A DNA stretch of 64,000 bases from Candidatus Thorarchaeota archaeon. GTDB lineage: Archaea > Asgardarchaeota > Thorarchaeia > Thorarchaeales > Thorarchaeaceae. Within the stretch, counting starts at the first letter, position 1. Each line of letters starts with the position of its first letter. The notes under the pieces were generated by a model that did not search any database, was not told the origin of the DNA, and saw only the letters and a list, made by a program, of their open reading frames with translations. The position numbers and the translations under genes are program-made. The stretch spans positions 32,001 to 96,000 of the forward strand of contig JAFGAR010000081.1 in the NCBI GenBank assembly GCA_016933575.1, in the 5' to 3' direction. Of the stretch, positions 19,480-29,790 are shown piece by piece.

Positions 19480-20031
19480 TTACCGAAGATCTGGTCCCTG
19501 AGTATCTCGACGGTATACCTTTGTTTCTTCTTCTTTCATCGAGTTACAACCTTTGAAAGCTGCGATGCATACTAGAGCTGGAATTGCAATGTACCATGGT
19601 ACAAAGAGTAGGAGGAGAATGACAATACAAATTAACAATCCATTTTCCGAGTTACCTGATTTTGCGGGAGTTTCGTAGACAAGAACACTCTCGCCAACTG
19701 TGTCAATGAGTTTCCCACAATTTTGGCAATGTACGCGACCGTCCTCCCCCCTCTGATTATCCTTGTAGATGTATTGTGCCATGCAATGTGGACATTTCAC
19801 TTTGACTCCTTCAGATGTTGGAACGAACACTTCTCTTGAGGGTACAATAGCATCTGGTTGATCTGTCCTGGCAGTAGTATATCCTTGCACACCAAAATCC
19901 GTGGAGATCTGCATTGCACAGTTTTGGCATTCTACACCCCCATAATCATTAATCTTCTCTGTAGAGTACCAATAGGTTGCTCCACAAGATGGACATTTTA
20001 TACGATATCCATCCAGATTCTCAGAAGACAC
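19480..20031 (-). CDS. Membrane-anchored double zinc-ribbon protein
   Basis: Two repeats of CP.C-x18-CQNC and a C-terminal TM segment. Confidence 0.7.
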   Translation of the reverse strand: MSSENLDGYRIKCPSCGATYWYSTEKINDYGGVECQNCAMQISTDFGVQGYTTARTDQPDAIVPSREVFVPTSEGVKVKCPHCMAQYIYKDNQRGEDGRVHCQNCGKLIDTVGESVLVYETPAKSGNSENGLLICIVILLLLFVPWYIAIPALVCIAAFKGCNSMKEEETKVYRRDTQGPDLR

Positions 20032-20073
20032 ATTTCATCTCTCATACACAATCTAATCATAATTTATCTATTT

Positions 20074-20706
20074 CTATTCAAAGACCTTCAGAAGGCTGTA
20101 CCCCTGAAATGCTGACCAGAGAATCAGAGCATAGACCGATAGTTTCTGCCATAAGGCTGTTCCAAACATAGTAAATGCTGGACTGAAGAATGCTCCAATA
20201 TGGAGGAAACACACAATGACAACAATGAATCCAATCAACGCATAGACATTCTGGTAATTGTTATTGAGGAGTATAGCTATTGAATAAATGAGGATTCCAA
20301 GAGTTATGAGTAAAAAGAAGAGCATCGTTGTCAATCCATGTTGAGCAGGATAGACGTCTGCAGCAAACAGAGCCAGTGCCGAAAGGTTGGGTGCAGCCGC
20401 AACACCTAGGATAGTACCTATCCAGCTGAGGCCCTTCAATAGCATAGTTTCAGTAAATACTGTCCGCATTGCAAACAGGAATGGTATGAGGCAGACTGCC
20501 GCACTTGTGCAGGCAATCGAGAAGAGTGCGTAGTTCAACATGGAAGGGATACTATTTGTCACAGTAAGTCCGAGTTCACTGAAGTAGTTATCCAAGAATG
20601 AATATCCGCCAGGATATGTCAACATCGCAATGAACGTGACAATGATGAATATCAGACCACCAATTATTCCCAAATATGCGCTAAGTCTTTTCCAAGATAA
20701 TTTCAT
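20074..20706 (-). CDS. DUF998-like integral membrane protein
   Basis: YPGGYSF..N..SELG, intramembrane His, WQK near the C-terminus; about 6 TMs. Confidence 0.7.
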   Translation of the reverse strand: MKLSWKRLSAYLGIIGGLIFIIVTFIAMLTYPGGYSFLDNYFSELGLTVTNSIPSMLNYALFSIACTSAAVCLIPFLFAMRTVFTETMLLKGLSWIGTILGVAAAPNLSALALFAADVYPAQHGLTTMLFFLLITLGILIYSIAILLNNNYQNVYALIGFIVVIVCFLHIGAFFSPAFTMFGTALWQKLSVYALILWSAFQGYSLLKVFE

Positions 20707-20887
20707 CTCAATAATCTCTCCCTAAACTGAGTGTAGTGATAGTCCAAATACAATACCACAACTCACTAATAAATCAGAGGTCCTTAGTTATCGGTGTAAT
20801 CAAAGAAGAGCATGTGAAATAGGAAGTAGTTGTGCTCGGTTTGTAAGAGTGGATTATAAACCTCAAAATACTGGTGACTGTCTACTA

Positions 20888-22636
20888 TTATTGTCCTCTT
20901 TTTCTCATTTCTTCTTCCCGAAGTTCTCTTCTGAGGACTTTTCCGACATTGCTCATTGGTAGATTCTCTACAATCTGAACTTCCTTTGGACGTTTGTACC
21001 CGGCCATCTTATCCCGAGCCCACTCGATGAATTCCTCAGGTGTAGCAGTTTCACCATCTTTAAGCATAATGTATGCCTTCACAAACTCATTGCTTGGGTC
21101 CTCATCTCTTGGAATGCCAACAGCTGCAGCCATCTTCACCTTGGGATGAGTAAATAGAATGTCCTCAATCTCTCGTGGATATGCCTTCATTCCCCCAACA
21201 TTGATCATCTGTTTCTTTCTATCACTAATGTAAGTATAACCACTCTCATCAATGTATCCGATATCTCCAGTAAGGAAGAATTGTTTTCCGTTGAACTCCC
21301 GCATCACATTTTCTGTTTCCTCGGGCTTCTTCCAATACCCCCTGAAGACCTGAGGTCCATGAACTGCTATCTCTCCAATCTCACCAAGTGGTAACTCTTT
21401 GGTTCCTGTTTCCATATCCACAATTTTGCAAATCGTATCAGAGATTGGGATTCCTATCGAACCAAACTTACGGTACTTTCTATTAGTCGGATTGATGTGA
21501 GTAACAGGTGAGGTTTCCGTGAGTCCGTATCCCTCAAAAAGAAGAGTCCCGGTCACGGCTTCAAATGCCTTGGCAACTTCTGGTGGAAGTGGCGCAGCAC
21601 CTGAGCTACAGATACTCACTGATGATAGGTCATACTTGCTTACGTTTGGATGGTTGGCAATTGCAGCATAGAGTGCTGGTACACAGTTCAGGACAGTCCC
21701 TTTGTTCCTTGACAGTTCACGCAGCAAATCCGAGAGTGGTGGTTTTCCAGATCTTGGGTCGGGAATGCAGATAAGTTTCCCAGCAAACCATGTAGCCATC
21801 AACATTGTGAGAGTAAGACCATACGAGTGATACCAAGGTACAGCTCCAACAAAGACCTCTTCACCATAACGAACTCCACCGTACCTTTCTACATCTTCTT
21901 CTTCTAGATAGACCCACTCTGCTATCTGTAGAACGTTGGATGATAGATTGTAATGCGTGAGTTCAGCTCCCTTTGGAGTTCCCGTTGTACCACCAGTATA
22001 AATCAAGACTGCAGTATCCATCGGGTCGATATTGACTTGAGGAGCAAGTGGTTCATACTCTTTCAAGACATCATCATAGAAAGTGGTTCTGTCCTCTCTG
22101 TAATAGGGGCTCTTTGGAATCTTACCCAGAATGCCGCCAATCACTGCCTTTGCCTTTGATAGAAATGGTTTCACACTACAAATAACAACTGTATGAACAT
22201 TCGTACCTTCAATGGCTTCATAGCAGGTTGGTGTGAAGGTCGGATGGTCTAAAGCAAAGACAATCAGAGCTCCCGTATCCTTGAGTTGATAGTTCAATTC
22301 ACCAGCCTTGTACAATGGATTGCAGGTCACAACCATGGCACCAGCCTTGAGTGCTCCATAGAATATCTCAGGGAAATGTGGTACGTTTGGAAGAAAGATA
22401 GCTACTTTGTCCCCTTTTTTGATACCTTTACTAACAAGGAAATTTGCTACACGGTTAACACGATTACCAACTTCTGCAAATGTTAATGTTCTATCCATGA
22501 ACACAGTGAATGGCTGGTCTCCAGCTCTCTCAACTGCTCTATCTAACATTGTAAACAGGGCTTCCCTTGGATAGTCAAGGTTCTTCTTTGTGCGTTCTGG
22601 CCATGCTGGTCCTGATTGCCAATATGCTTCATCCAT
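20888..22636 (-). CDS. Long-chain fatty acid--CoA ligase, copy 1
   Basis: YTGGTTGTPKG, EGYGLTE, TGDIG, DRKKQMI, GKVLRR. Confidence 0.92.
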   Translation of the reverse strand: MDEAYWQSGPAWPERTKKNLDYPREALFTMLDRAVERAGDQPFTVFMDRTLTFAEVGNRVNRVANFLVSKGIKKGDKVAIFLPNVPHFPEIFYGALKAGAMVVTCNPLYKAGELNYQLKDTGALIVFALDHPTFTPTCYEAIEGTNVHTVVICSVKPFLSKAKAVIGGILGKIPKSPYYREDRTTFYDDVLKEYEPLAPQVNIDPMDTAVLIYTGGTTGTPKGAELTHYNLSSNVLQIAEWVYLEEEDVERYGGVRYGEEVFVGAVPWYHSYGLTLTMLMATWFAGKLICIPDPRSGKPPLSDLLRELSRNKGTVLNCVPALYAAIANHPNVSKYDLSSVSICSSGAAPLPPEVAKAFEAVTGTLLFEGYGLTETSPVTHINPTNRKYRKFGSIGIPISDTICKIVDMETGTKELPLGEIGEIAVHGPQVFRGYWKKPEETENVMREFNGKQFFLTGDIGYIDESGYTYISDRKKQMINVGGMKAYPREIEDILFTHPKVKMAAAVGIPRDEDPSNEFVKAYIMLKDGETATPEEFIEWARDKMAGYKRPKEVQIVENLPMSNVGKVLRRELREEEMRKRGQ

Positions 22637-22790
22637 TATCCTTCAACTCCTCTATGGTGCTTGCAGATTCATCTGTATAATTTCTATTCCTCTACTATTG
22701 CTATAGTTTCAGATATTCTTTGAGGTTTTCAGCAAAAGACGTTGAACCAAAGAAATTTAGCACTTGAAGAAGATTGCATTTTGAAAATCC

Positions 22791-23276
22791 ATGCTTGAAG
22801 GAGATTACGAGGGCAATCTTAAGCAATACGAGAGTAATAATGGAGAGTTACTCATTAGACTTGTCAACCTTTGTCGAGTGCTCTTCTATTTCACTGCTGC
22901 TTGGGTGCAGTATGACCCACTCATAGATTGCATTATTTTGACTGGTAACTGTGATGTAATGCTTGTTTTAGTCCCACTCTTCTTAGGGATATTGGATTTT
23001 GCAATGATAGTTTGGAGCCGAAAGGCTTCAACAAAATTCTGGAATATTGCTCTAATTATCCCAATCATCTCAATCGCGGTGGCAATAAATACCATCAGTC
23101 CACTTGTATTCCTGTTATCACGGACTATTCCTGAAACAATTATGCTCAGTCTGAGTATAGCTGTCCTTCTGGTATCAATAATTGAGTTCCACGGGCTGCG
23201 TCAAATGATACACTATTGGACAACGAAGCCAGCTCCAACAGAATCTATAGATGAAGTTAGAACCTATGAGATCTGA
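22791..23276 (+). CDS. Hypothetical membrane protein (true start probably downstream)
   Basis: About three hydrophobic segments; fills the gap before menA. Confidence 0.55.
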   Translation: MLEGDYEGNLKQYESNNGELLIRLVNLCRVLFYFTAAWVQYDPLIDCIILTGNCDVMLVLVPLFLGILDFAMIVWSRKASTKFWNIALIIPIISIAVAINTISPLVFLLSRTIPETIMLSLSIAVLLVSIIEFHGLRQMIHYWTTKPAPTESIDEVRTYEI

Positions 23277-23327
23277 AAATGATTTGGAGAAGTCTTTTGT
23301 ACTAGTGACAATCTCTCAAGGACTCGA

Positions 23328-24416
23328 GTGGAGATGAATTCTACAGAACATAGACGGAAAGGCTCAAAGGTTAGAGCATGGTTGCAAGAAGTCAAGCTGG
23401 GCATTCTCCCAGCTTCAACAGTCCCTATCTTTGTGGGGACTGCAGTGGCTTTTGGTCTGTATGGTGTTTTCTATCTGGATCTTTTCATGCTTACGCTTCT
23501 TGCGGGTATCTTCCTTCATTGGGGTGCTGATGTAGCCAATGACTATTTTGATCATACTGAGGAAGGAACTGGTAGTGATGATATCAATATCGAGTTCATA
23601 CGTCCCTATAGTGGCGGCAGTAGAACTATCCAACAAGGACTTCTAACACCTCGAGAGGTCGCAATCGGTGCTGTTATGTGTTATATCATCGCTGGAATCA
23701 TAGGAATCTATCTCGTGCTCCGGCTCGGTTGGGTCATTCTAGCTTTTGGTCTTGTCGGTGCATTCTTTGGGTTATTCTACTCAACCCCTCCAATTAGGTT
23801 AGTGAAGCGAGGAATTGGTGAACTTGTGATTGGTGTTGTCTTTGGAGTGTTAATGGTGGTAGGAGCTTTTTATGTACAAGTACAAATCCCCATTACACTT
23901 GCATGGCCTCTAGTAATTCCCTTTGACGAATTCTTAGAGCCTGGTTTCATGTCAATTCCTGTATCAATTCTTATTGCTTTAGTACTCTACATTAACGAGT
24001 TTCCTGACTATGTTGCAGATCGAGACGCGAATAAGCGAACCTTCGTTGTTCGACTTGGACGAAAGAATGCAGCAATCGGGTATACGTTCCTTATGATTGC
24101 TGTTTATGCAGGAATTGTAGTAATGGTTCTTCTCAATCTGATTCGTTTCGAGGCATTATTAGCCTTAGCGACACTGCCCCTTGGTGTCCTTGGAATTGTG
24201 ACGACCCTGAAACATTATGATGAGAGTGCTAAACTTGCACCTGCCAACTGGGCAACAATTGTTGGACATCTCTTTACAGGTCTCTTTCTAACCCTTGGAT
24301 ACTTCCTCTATGGACTCACCTTGTTATGGGAATTCACTCTGGCTATTGGAATTGCTCTATTTATTTTCATTACTCTCTTGGCAGCTAAGCTTGGGCGGTC
24401 TTCTAGCGATGCTTAG
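23328..24416 (+). CDS. menA: UbiA-family prenyltransferase, MenA/UBIAD1-like
   Basis: NDYFD...G.D, GGSR, YS.PP..L...G.GE, NE.PD...D...NKRT..VRLG. Confidence 0.8.
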   Translation: MEMNSTEHRRKGSKVRAWLQEVKLGILPASTVPIFVGTAVAFGLYGVFYLDLFMLTLLAGIFLHWGADVANDYFDHTEEGTGSDDINIEFIRPYSGGSRTIQQGLLTPREVAIGAVMCYIIAGIIGIYLVLRLGWVILAFGLVGAFFGLFYSTPPIRLVKRGIGELVIGVVFGVLMVVGAFYVQVQIPITLAWPLVIPFDEFLEPGFMSIPVSILIALVLYINEFPDYVADRDANKRTFVVRLGRKNAAIGYTFLMIAVYAGIVVMVLLNLIRFEALLALATLPLGVLGIVTTLKHYDESAKLAPANWATIVGHLFTGLFLTLGYFLYGLTLLWEFTLAIGIALFIFITLLAAKLGRSSSDA

Positions 24417-24454
24417 ATAATATGCTAAATGTGACAATAATGACGAATATCCAT

Positions 24455-24489
24455 GAAAAAAAGGTATGGCGGGAGCAATATCTCCCGCT
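24455..24489 (-). terminator. Hairpin + U-tract terminator after acyl-CoA ligase 2
   Basis: GCGGGAG-caatat-CTCCCGC preceded by an A-run on the plus strand (T-run on minus). Confidence 0.6.
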
Positions 24490-24498
24490 ATTCATTAC

Positions 24499-26250
24499 TT
24501 ATGCTAGTCCTCTCTTCTTTAATTCCTTTGCTCGAAGTTCTCTTCTTAGGACTTTACCTGCAGTGCTCACTGGAAGATGGTCCACAATCTCAACTTCACG
24601 AGGTCTCTTGTAGCCAGCTAATTTTTCCTTAGCCCAAGCTACAATCTCCTCAGGAGTTGCTGATTGTCCCTCTTTCAATACAACAAAAGCTTTAACAAAT
24701 TCGTTACCTGTATCATCCTCTTTTGGTACACCAATGGCAGCTGCCATCGCAATAGCTGGATGTTCATAGAGGGTATCTTCTATCTCTCTTGGATATGCTT
24801 TGAGACCACCAACATTGACCATGTCTTTCTTTCTATCTGAAATGACAAAGAAACCATCCTCGTCAATATGACCTATGTCCCCGGTCAAGAAATACTTCTT
24901 GCCCTTTATTTCACGGAACACTGAAGCGGTTTCTTCTGGCTTGTTCCAGTATCCCCTAAAGACTTGTGGTCCATGTACTGCAATCTCGCCGGTTTCACCT
25001 TGAGCTAACACTTTATCGCCAGTTTCCATATCTAGAATGACTGAGTGGGTATCTGGAATTGGGACACCGATAGCACCAAATTTGCGAAGATTTGTCAGAG
25101 ATGGGTTTGCGTGAGTCATCGGTGAGGTTTCTGTTAATCCATATCCCTCAAAGACAATAGCACCTGTTGCAGCTTCAAAGTTCTTTGCCAGTTCTGGCGG
25201 GAGCGGTGCTGCTCCTGATCCACATGCTTTGATGGATGACAGGTCATACTTTGCAACATTTGGATGATTCACCATTCCAGCATATAACGCTGGTACGCAA
25301 TGCATTACTGTTCCCTTATACTTCTGAATATCTGCGAGCAGCTCTGATAACGGTGGTTTTCCTGCTCGTGGGTCAGGTATACAAATTACTGCACTTCCCA
25401 TCAAATAGGAAGCAACCATAGTAAGTGTTAGTCCATAGCTGTGATACCATGGAAGTGCACCTACATAGATATCTTCACCGCGCTTCAATTTCTCTGGTGT
25501 TCCACCGCCAGGAGGCTCCAATTGAATCCACTCGTCAATCTGCATCACATTCGCATACAGATTGCGATGAGTCAACATTGCTCCTTTCGGAGTTCCAGTG
25601 GTACCGCCAGTATACAGAATCAGTGCTAGATCTTCCTTTGCATTAATCTTAACATCTGGGGCCTTTGGTTCAAACTCAGTTACGATATTATCATAGAAGA
25701 ATGTCTTATCTTCTTCGTAATAGGGGCTCTTGGGTATCTTACCTAACAGGCCTCCAAGAGTTGCCTTTGCTTTTGGAAGAAAGCTCTTCACGCTACATAC
25801 AATAATCGTTTCAACATCTGTACCTTTTGCTGCTTCATAGGTAGTTGGTGTGAATCTCTTATCGTCCATGCAGAAAACGGCTTTCACCCCTGCATCTTTG
25901 AGTTGAAAATTGAGTTCTCCTGTGGTGTATGATGGATTACAAGTAACTGCGATTGCTCCTGTCTTCAGAATTCCAAAGAAAATTGGTGGATACTGAGGAA
26001 GGTTTGGTAAGAATATTGCTACGCGGTCACCTTTCTTTATTCCCCTACTGACTAAGAAATTAGCTATCCTGTCAGCATGGTCTCTTACCTTCGCAAAAGA
26101 TCTAGATACTCCTGCCCAGATAGTTGACGGATTATCTGGATGTTTCTCAGCGACATGATCAAGCAGCTTGAAAAGCGGCTCATCAGGGTAATCTAGAGTC
26201 TTTTTGACTGTCGGAGGCCAACGTTTGGTATGCCATAATTGGTCTTCCAT
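24499..26250 (-). CDS. Long-chain fatty acid--CoA ligase, copy 2
   Basis: Same motifs as copy 1; clear paralogue. Confidence 0.92.
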   Translation of the reverse strand: MEDQLWHTKRWPPTVKKTLDYPDEPLFKLLDHVAEKHPDNPSTIWAGVSRSFAKVRDHADRIANFLVSRGIKKGDRVAIFLPNLPQYPPIFFGILKTGAIAVTCNPSYTTGELNFQLKDAGVKAVFCMDDKRFTPTTYEAAKGTDVETIIVCSVKSFLPKAKATLGGLLGKIPKSPYYEEDKTFFYDNIVTEFEPKAPDVKINAKEDLALILYTGGTTGTPKGAMLTHRNLYANVMQIDEWIQLEPPGGGTPEKLKRGEDIYVGALPWYHSYGLTLTMVASYLMGSAVICIPDPRAGKPPLSELLADIQKYKGTVMHCVPALYAGMVNHPNVAKYDLSSIKACGSGAAPLPPELAKNFEAATGAIVFEGYGLTETSPMTHANPSLTNLRKFGAIGVPIPDTHSVILDMETGDKVLAQGETGEIAVHGPQVFRGYWNKPEETASVFREIKGKKYFLTGDIGHIDEDGFFVISDRKKDMVNVGGLKAYPREIEDTLYEHPAIAMAAAIGVPKEDDTGNEFVKAFVVLKEGQSATPEEIVAWAKEKLAGYKRPREVEIVDHLPVSTAGKVLRRELRAKELKKRGLA

Positions 26251-26443
26251 ATTGTGTTCCTCTCCTTCTGATAACTTGGCTCTTCATCACTAGCCAAATT
26301 CATTCAAAGTATAGCTACTCAACATAGCTTTCGTTGCTCATATTTCCTTCTACTCGTTATTAATCAACCTTCTAGCGGAACAAATAAGATGTAGCAGGAT
26401 AGATATTCACCATTATCTCTCTAAAATTCTCGAGGAATCTACG

Positions 26444-27661
26444 TTGAGTAATGAAGGAGTAGTAGAGCAATCAAGTGCAGGCTTACGTGAACTCGTAAAG
26501 GCTGGAGAGGAAGTAATTGGATACATCTACCCCCATGCCCCACTTGAACTAATGCTTGCACATGGCCTGACACCATCATTGGTGAGAGCTCTTCCTGGCG
26601 TTGCCAGCGGATTTGAGGAGAGTCTTCAGACCTTCGCGTGTTCGTATGTCAGAAATCTGTACAACCAACGAACGAATAATCAGCTTCCCTATCTCAGAGC
26701 TCTTTTATTTCCAAGCAATACCTGCGATTCCCTCCAAAACTTGACTGATATCTGGAGATTTAGATTTCCTAGTGATAGAGTATTCCGTCTGTCTTATCCC
26801 GTATCTCGTTATACAAATGATGACTCTGGTTTCATCTTTCTGACACAAGAACTGAAGCTTCTAAGTAAGGCAATTGAGAATATTCTTGATCGACCATTCT
26901 TGGAAAGTGGTTATGAGCGAGCTGTGAGTCTGATCCGTGACTTTCGACTCGATACGCAGTACCTATATAGCTCAAGAATTGTAGATCCCGAAGTTCTATC
27001 CTATGCTGAACTAGCTAGACTGGTTAGACAATTCTACTCAACGCCACTTCCCGTAGTTGCCTCCGAAATCCATGACATTTCTGTAGCAATACAAGAATCA
27101 ATGGAATCAAGAGGACTCTCTGATTCTGTTCTCTCAGTTATGACTGCGCTGCAGAATAGGGACTTTTCTTCTGTCAAGATTTCAAGGAATGATGCAAAAC
27201 CGCGAATCATTATTATAGGGGGGATGATTGATCCTCAAGCAATAGCATCCATAATCAATGGAATCCAAGGTGTTACTGATTCAATAATTACTTTGGATTT
27301 ACTCTCTTTTGGTTTCAAGAGCGTATTTACCCCCCCTGTAAACGAAAAGGGAGATCCCTATGAGGAGATGGCAAAATCTATTCTGGGTGCACCGGGAGAA
27401 CCTACACAAGAGGGATTGACCTATAGAATGAATTTCTTGAGAGACCTTGTCAGAGCTTTTGACATTGATGGTATTGTCATTTGTGAGCAGTCCTTCTGTG
27501 ATCCTGATCAATTTGAAGCCCCATCTATGGAAAAGGCGGCAGATAAGATTGGAGTACGTACAGTGAGAATTCCAATAGACCCTGAACTATCAGATCGTTC
27601 ACGAATGGAAGTAAGAATTCAGAGTTTCTTGGAATCGATGAGTGAAAATGAGGTGATGTAA
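26444..27661 (+). CDS. 2-hydroxyacyl-CoA dehydratase / benzoyl-CoA reductase-like subunit (HgdB/HadC-type)
   Basis: Three spaced Cys (FACS, NTCDS, SFCDP); C-terminal RIQSFLE. Confidence 0.8.
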   Translation: MSNEGVVEQSSAGLRELVKAGEEVIGYIYPHAPLELMLAHGLTPSLVRALPGVASGFEESLQTFACSYVRNLYNQRTNNQLPYLRALLFPSNTCDSLQNLTDIWRFRFPSDRVFRLSYPVSRYTNDDSGFIFLTQELKLLSKAIENILDRPFLESGYERAVSLIRDFRLDTQYLYSSRIVDPEVLSYAELARLVRQFYSTPLPVVASEIHDISVAIQESMESRGLSDSVLSVMTALQNRDFSSVKISRNDAKPRIIIIGGMIDPQAIASIINGIQGVTDSIITLDLLSFGFKSVFTPPVNEKGDPYEEMAKSILGAPGEPTQEGLTYRMNFLRDLVRAFDIDGIVICEQSFCDPDQFEAPSMEKAADKIGVRTVRIPIDPELSDRSRMEVRIQSFLESMSENEVM

Positions 27662-28879
27662 ATGACGGATGATAAGAAGGAAGAGAAAGTATATCGACAA
27701 CTCGCATCCAACTCATTACTTCAACAAATCATGTTTCAATACATGCTAGAAGGCATTCAAGCTAGTGATGAAAATCGGCTTGCATGGGTCACATCAGGAT
27801 TTCCCGTCGAGATTCCCGTGGCAATGGGGGTTGGTGTCAGCTATCCAGAGCAGTATGGAGCTGTTGTTGGGTCTCAAAAAGTGGGACCAGAAGTCTGCGG
27901 ATATGCTGAAGAAATTGGATACTCTCAAGAACTATGTTCCTATGCAAGATCCAGTATTGGCTCAGTTGAACATCCGAACGAGAGCCCAATGGATGGTCTT
28001 CCTAAACCACAAGCATTGCTTGCAGCCAATAATATCTGTGGCACAGTACTCAGATGGTATGATGCTGTATCAGAGCAAACCGGAGCTCCTGTGTTCTTAT
28101 TTGACACACCTCCCATCGATGGCGAACAAGCCCAGCATCACAAAGAGTATGTACGAAGAGGATTGGATCGACTGGTCGAATTTCTTAGTGACACATTCAA
28201 CACTAGTCTGACCGAAGAAAAGATGCGTGAGGTGGCGAGCCTGTCAAGCAAGGCTGTAAAACTTTGGACTAAATCTTTGGCTGCTTGTAAGACAACCCCC
28301 TCACCACTGAATTGCGCTGATAGATTCTTAGCAATGGCTCCTGTTGTATCAATGCGTGGAACTGAATTAATTATTGATTTTTATCAGACTCTCTTAGATG
28401 AAGTTGAAACTAGAGTGAAAGAAGGTATTGGAGCTATCCGGGATGAGAAGATACGACTTCTCTGGGATAACATACCACCTTGGCATTCTATTTTCAAATT
28501 CTTCAATGGACTCGCTAAGAGTGGTGTGGTCTTTCCAGCAGATACATACACTCACGCATGGTCTGGAAGCATTGAAGGTGATGATCTCTTTGGTAGCGCA
28601 GTGAATATCTATTCCAACGTCTATCTCAATAAGGGATTGAATGCCAAGATTGACAAGATGTGTGAACTAATCAAAGACTATAATCTGGATGGTTTCATCA
28701 TGTTCTCTGTACGTTCTTGTAAACGATACTCTCTTGGTCAGCTTGTATCCAAGGAAATCGTTTCAGAACGAACTGGTGTTCCCGGTGTTGTAATAGAGGG
28801 AGATATGGTAGATTCTCGTGTATTTAATGAAGCTCAGATACAGACAAGAGTCGATGCGCTTCTTGAAATGTTCATGTGA
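27662..28879 (+). CDS. 2-hydroxyacyl-CoA dehydratase / benzoyl-CoA reductase-like subunit (HgdA/HadB-type)
   Basis: YPEQ, GYS.ELCSY, NNICGT, RSCK, EGDMVD.R, TRVDALLE. Confidence 0.85.
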   Translation: MTDDKKEEKVYRQLASNSLLQQIMFQYMLEGIQASDENRLAWVTSGFPVEIPVAMGVGVSYPEQYGAVVGSQKVGPEVCGYAEEIGYSQELCSYARSSIGSVEHPNESPMDGLPKPQALLAANNICGTVLRWYDAVSEQTGAPVFLFDTPPIDGEQAQHHKEYVRRGLDRLVEFLSDTFNTSLTEEKMREVASLSSKAVKLWTKSLAACKTTPSPLNCADRFLAMAPVVSMRGTELIIDFYQTLLDEVETRVKEGIGAIRDEKIRLLWDNIPPWHSIFKFFNGLAKSGVVFPADTYTHAWSGSIEGDDLFGSAVNIYSNVYLNKGLNAKIDKMCELIKDYNLDGFIMFSVRSCKRYSLGQLVSKEIVSERTGVPGVVIEGDMVDSRVFNEAQIQTRVDALLEMFM

Positions 28880-28889
28880 GGTCGAAACA

Positions 28890-29672
28890 GTGCATGGTCT
28901 AGGAATTGGTATTGATGTAGGTTCCACGACAACAAAGGGAATTCTTATTGACAAAGCTTTCAAGATAAAGGCAAAACACATCATACCCACTGGTGCATCT
29001 GCATCTATTGCGATCAATAGAGTGATAGAGAATCTGGAATCGCAATATGAAACAAAGCTAGATGGAATTCCAATCATAAGCACTGGATATGGTCGAACAC
29101 GCGTTGAGAATGCTGAAAAAGCAGTTACCGAGATAACATGTCACAGCATTGGTGTGTACACTCTGAATCCTGAGATACGGTTATTGGTTGATGTTGGTGG
29201 TCAGGACTCTAAGGTAATTCGTATCGGTCGTGATGGAAGACCTGAGGACTTTGAGTTAAACGATAAGTGTTCGGCTGGTACTGGACGATTTCTCGAGGTA
29301 ATGGCTCGCGTTCTGGATGTTACAATTGACCAATTGGGTCCCTTAGCGCTTCAATCAAAATCACCATCATCAATTAGCAGTACATGTACTGTATTTGCAG
29401 AGAGTGAGGTTGTAGGTCATATAGGCGCAGGTGAGAACCCTGCAGATATTGCTGCAGGTATCCACGCATCTATGGCAACCAAAATTGCATCTCTCTCAAG
29501 ACGTGTTGGTACTGCGCGTCCTGTGTGTGTTACAGGTGGGGTCGCGCTAAATCCAGCTTTTCGGTATTATCTTGCTAAACTTCTTGATACAGAGTTATGG
29601 GTGCCTGATATTCCACAACTGACTGGAGCCCTAGGTGCTGCTGTGATTGCTATTCGTGGGATAAGCAGCTAA
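28890..29672 (+). CDS. ASKHA-family CoA-substrate-specific enzyme activase (HgdC/HadI-type)
   Basis: GIDVGSTTTK, TGYGR, DVGGQDSK, NDKCSAGTGRF, STCTVFAESE. GTG start at 28890. Confidence 0.92.
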   Translation: MHGLGIGIDVGSTTTKGILIDKAFKIKAKHIIPTGASASIAINRVIENLESQYETKLDGIPIISTGYGRTRVENAEKAVTEITCHSIGVYTLNPEIRLLVDVGGQDSKVIRIGRDGRPEDFELNDKCSAGTGRFLEVMARVLDVTIDQLGPLALQSKSPSSISSTCTVFAESEVVGHIGAGENPADIAAGIHASMATKIASLSRRVGTARPVCVTGGVALNPAFRYYLAKLLDTELWVPDIPQLTGALGAAVIAIRGISS

Positions 29673-29790
29673 AACTTCCTCATACTCAAATATGAAAAGG
29701 GTTGGAACTTCTTTCTAAAATGGGGCCTCTACCATCAAGGATATTAATGCTAGACTAAGCCTCGCCAACTCGAAGTCGACAGGTGCGTAG

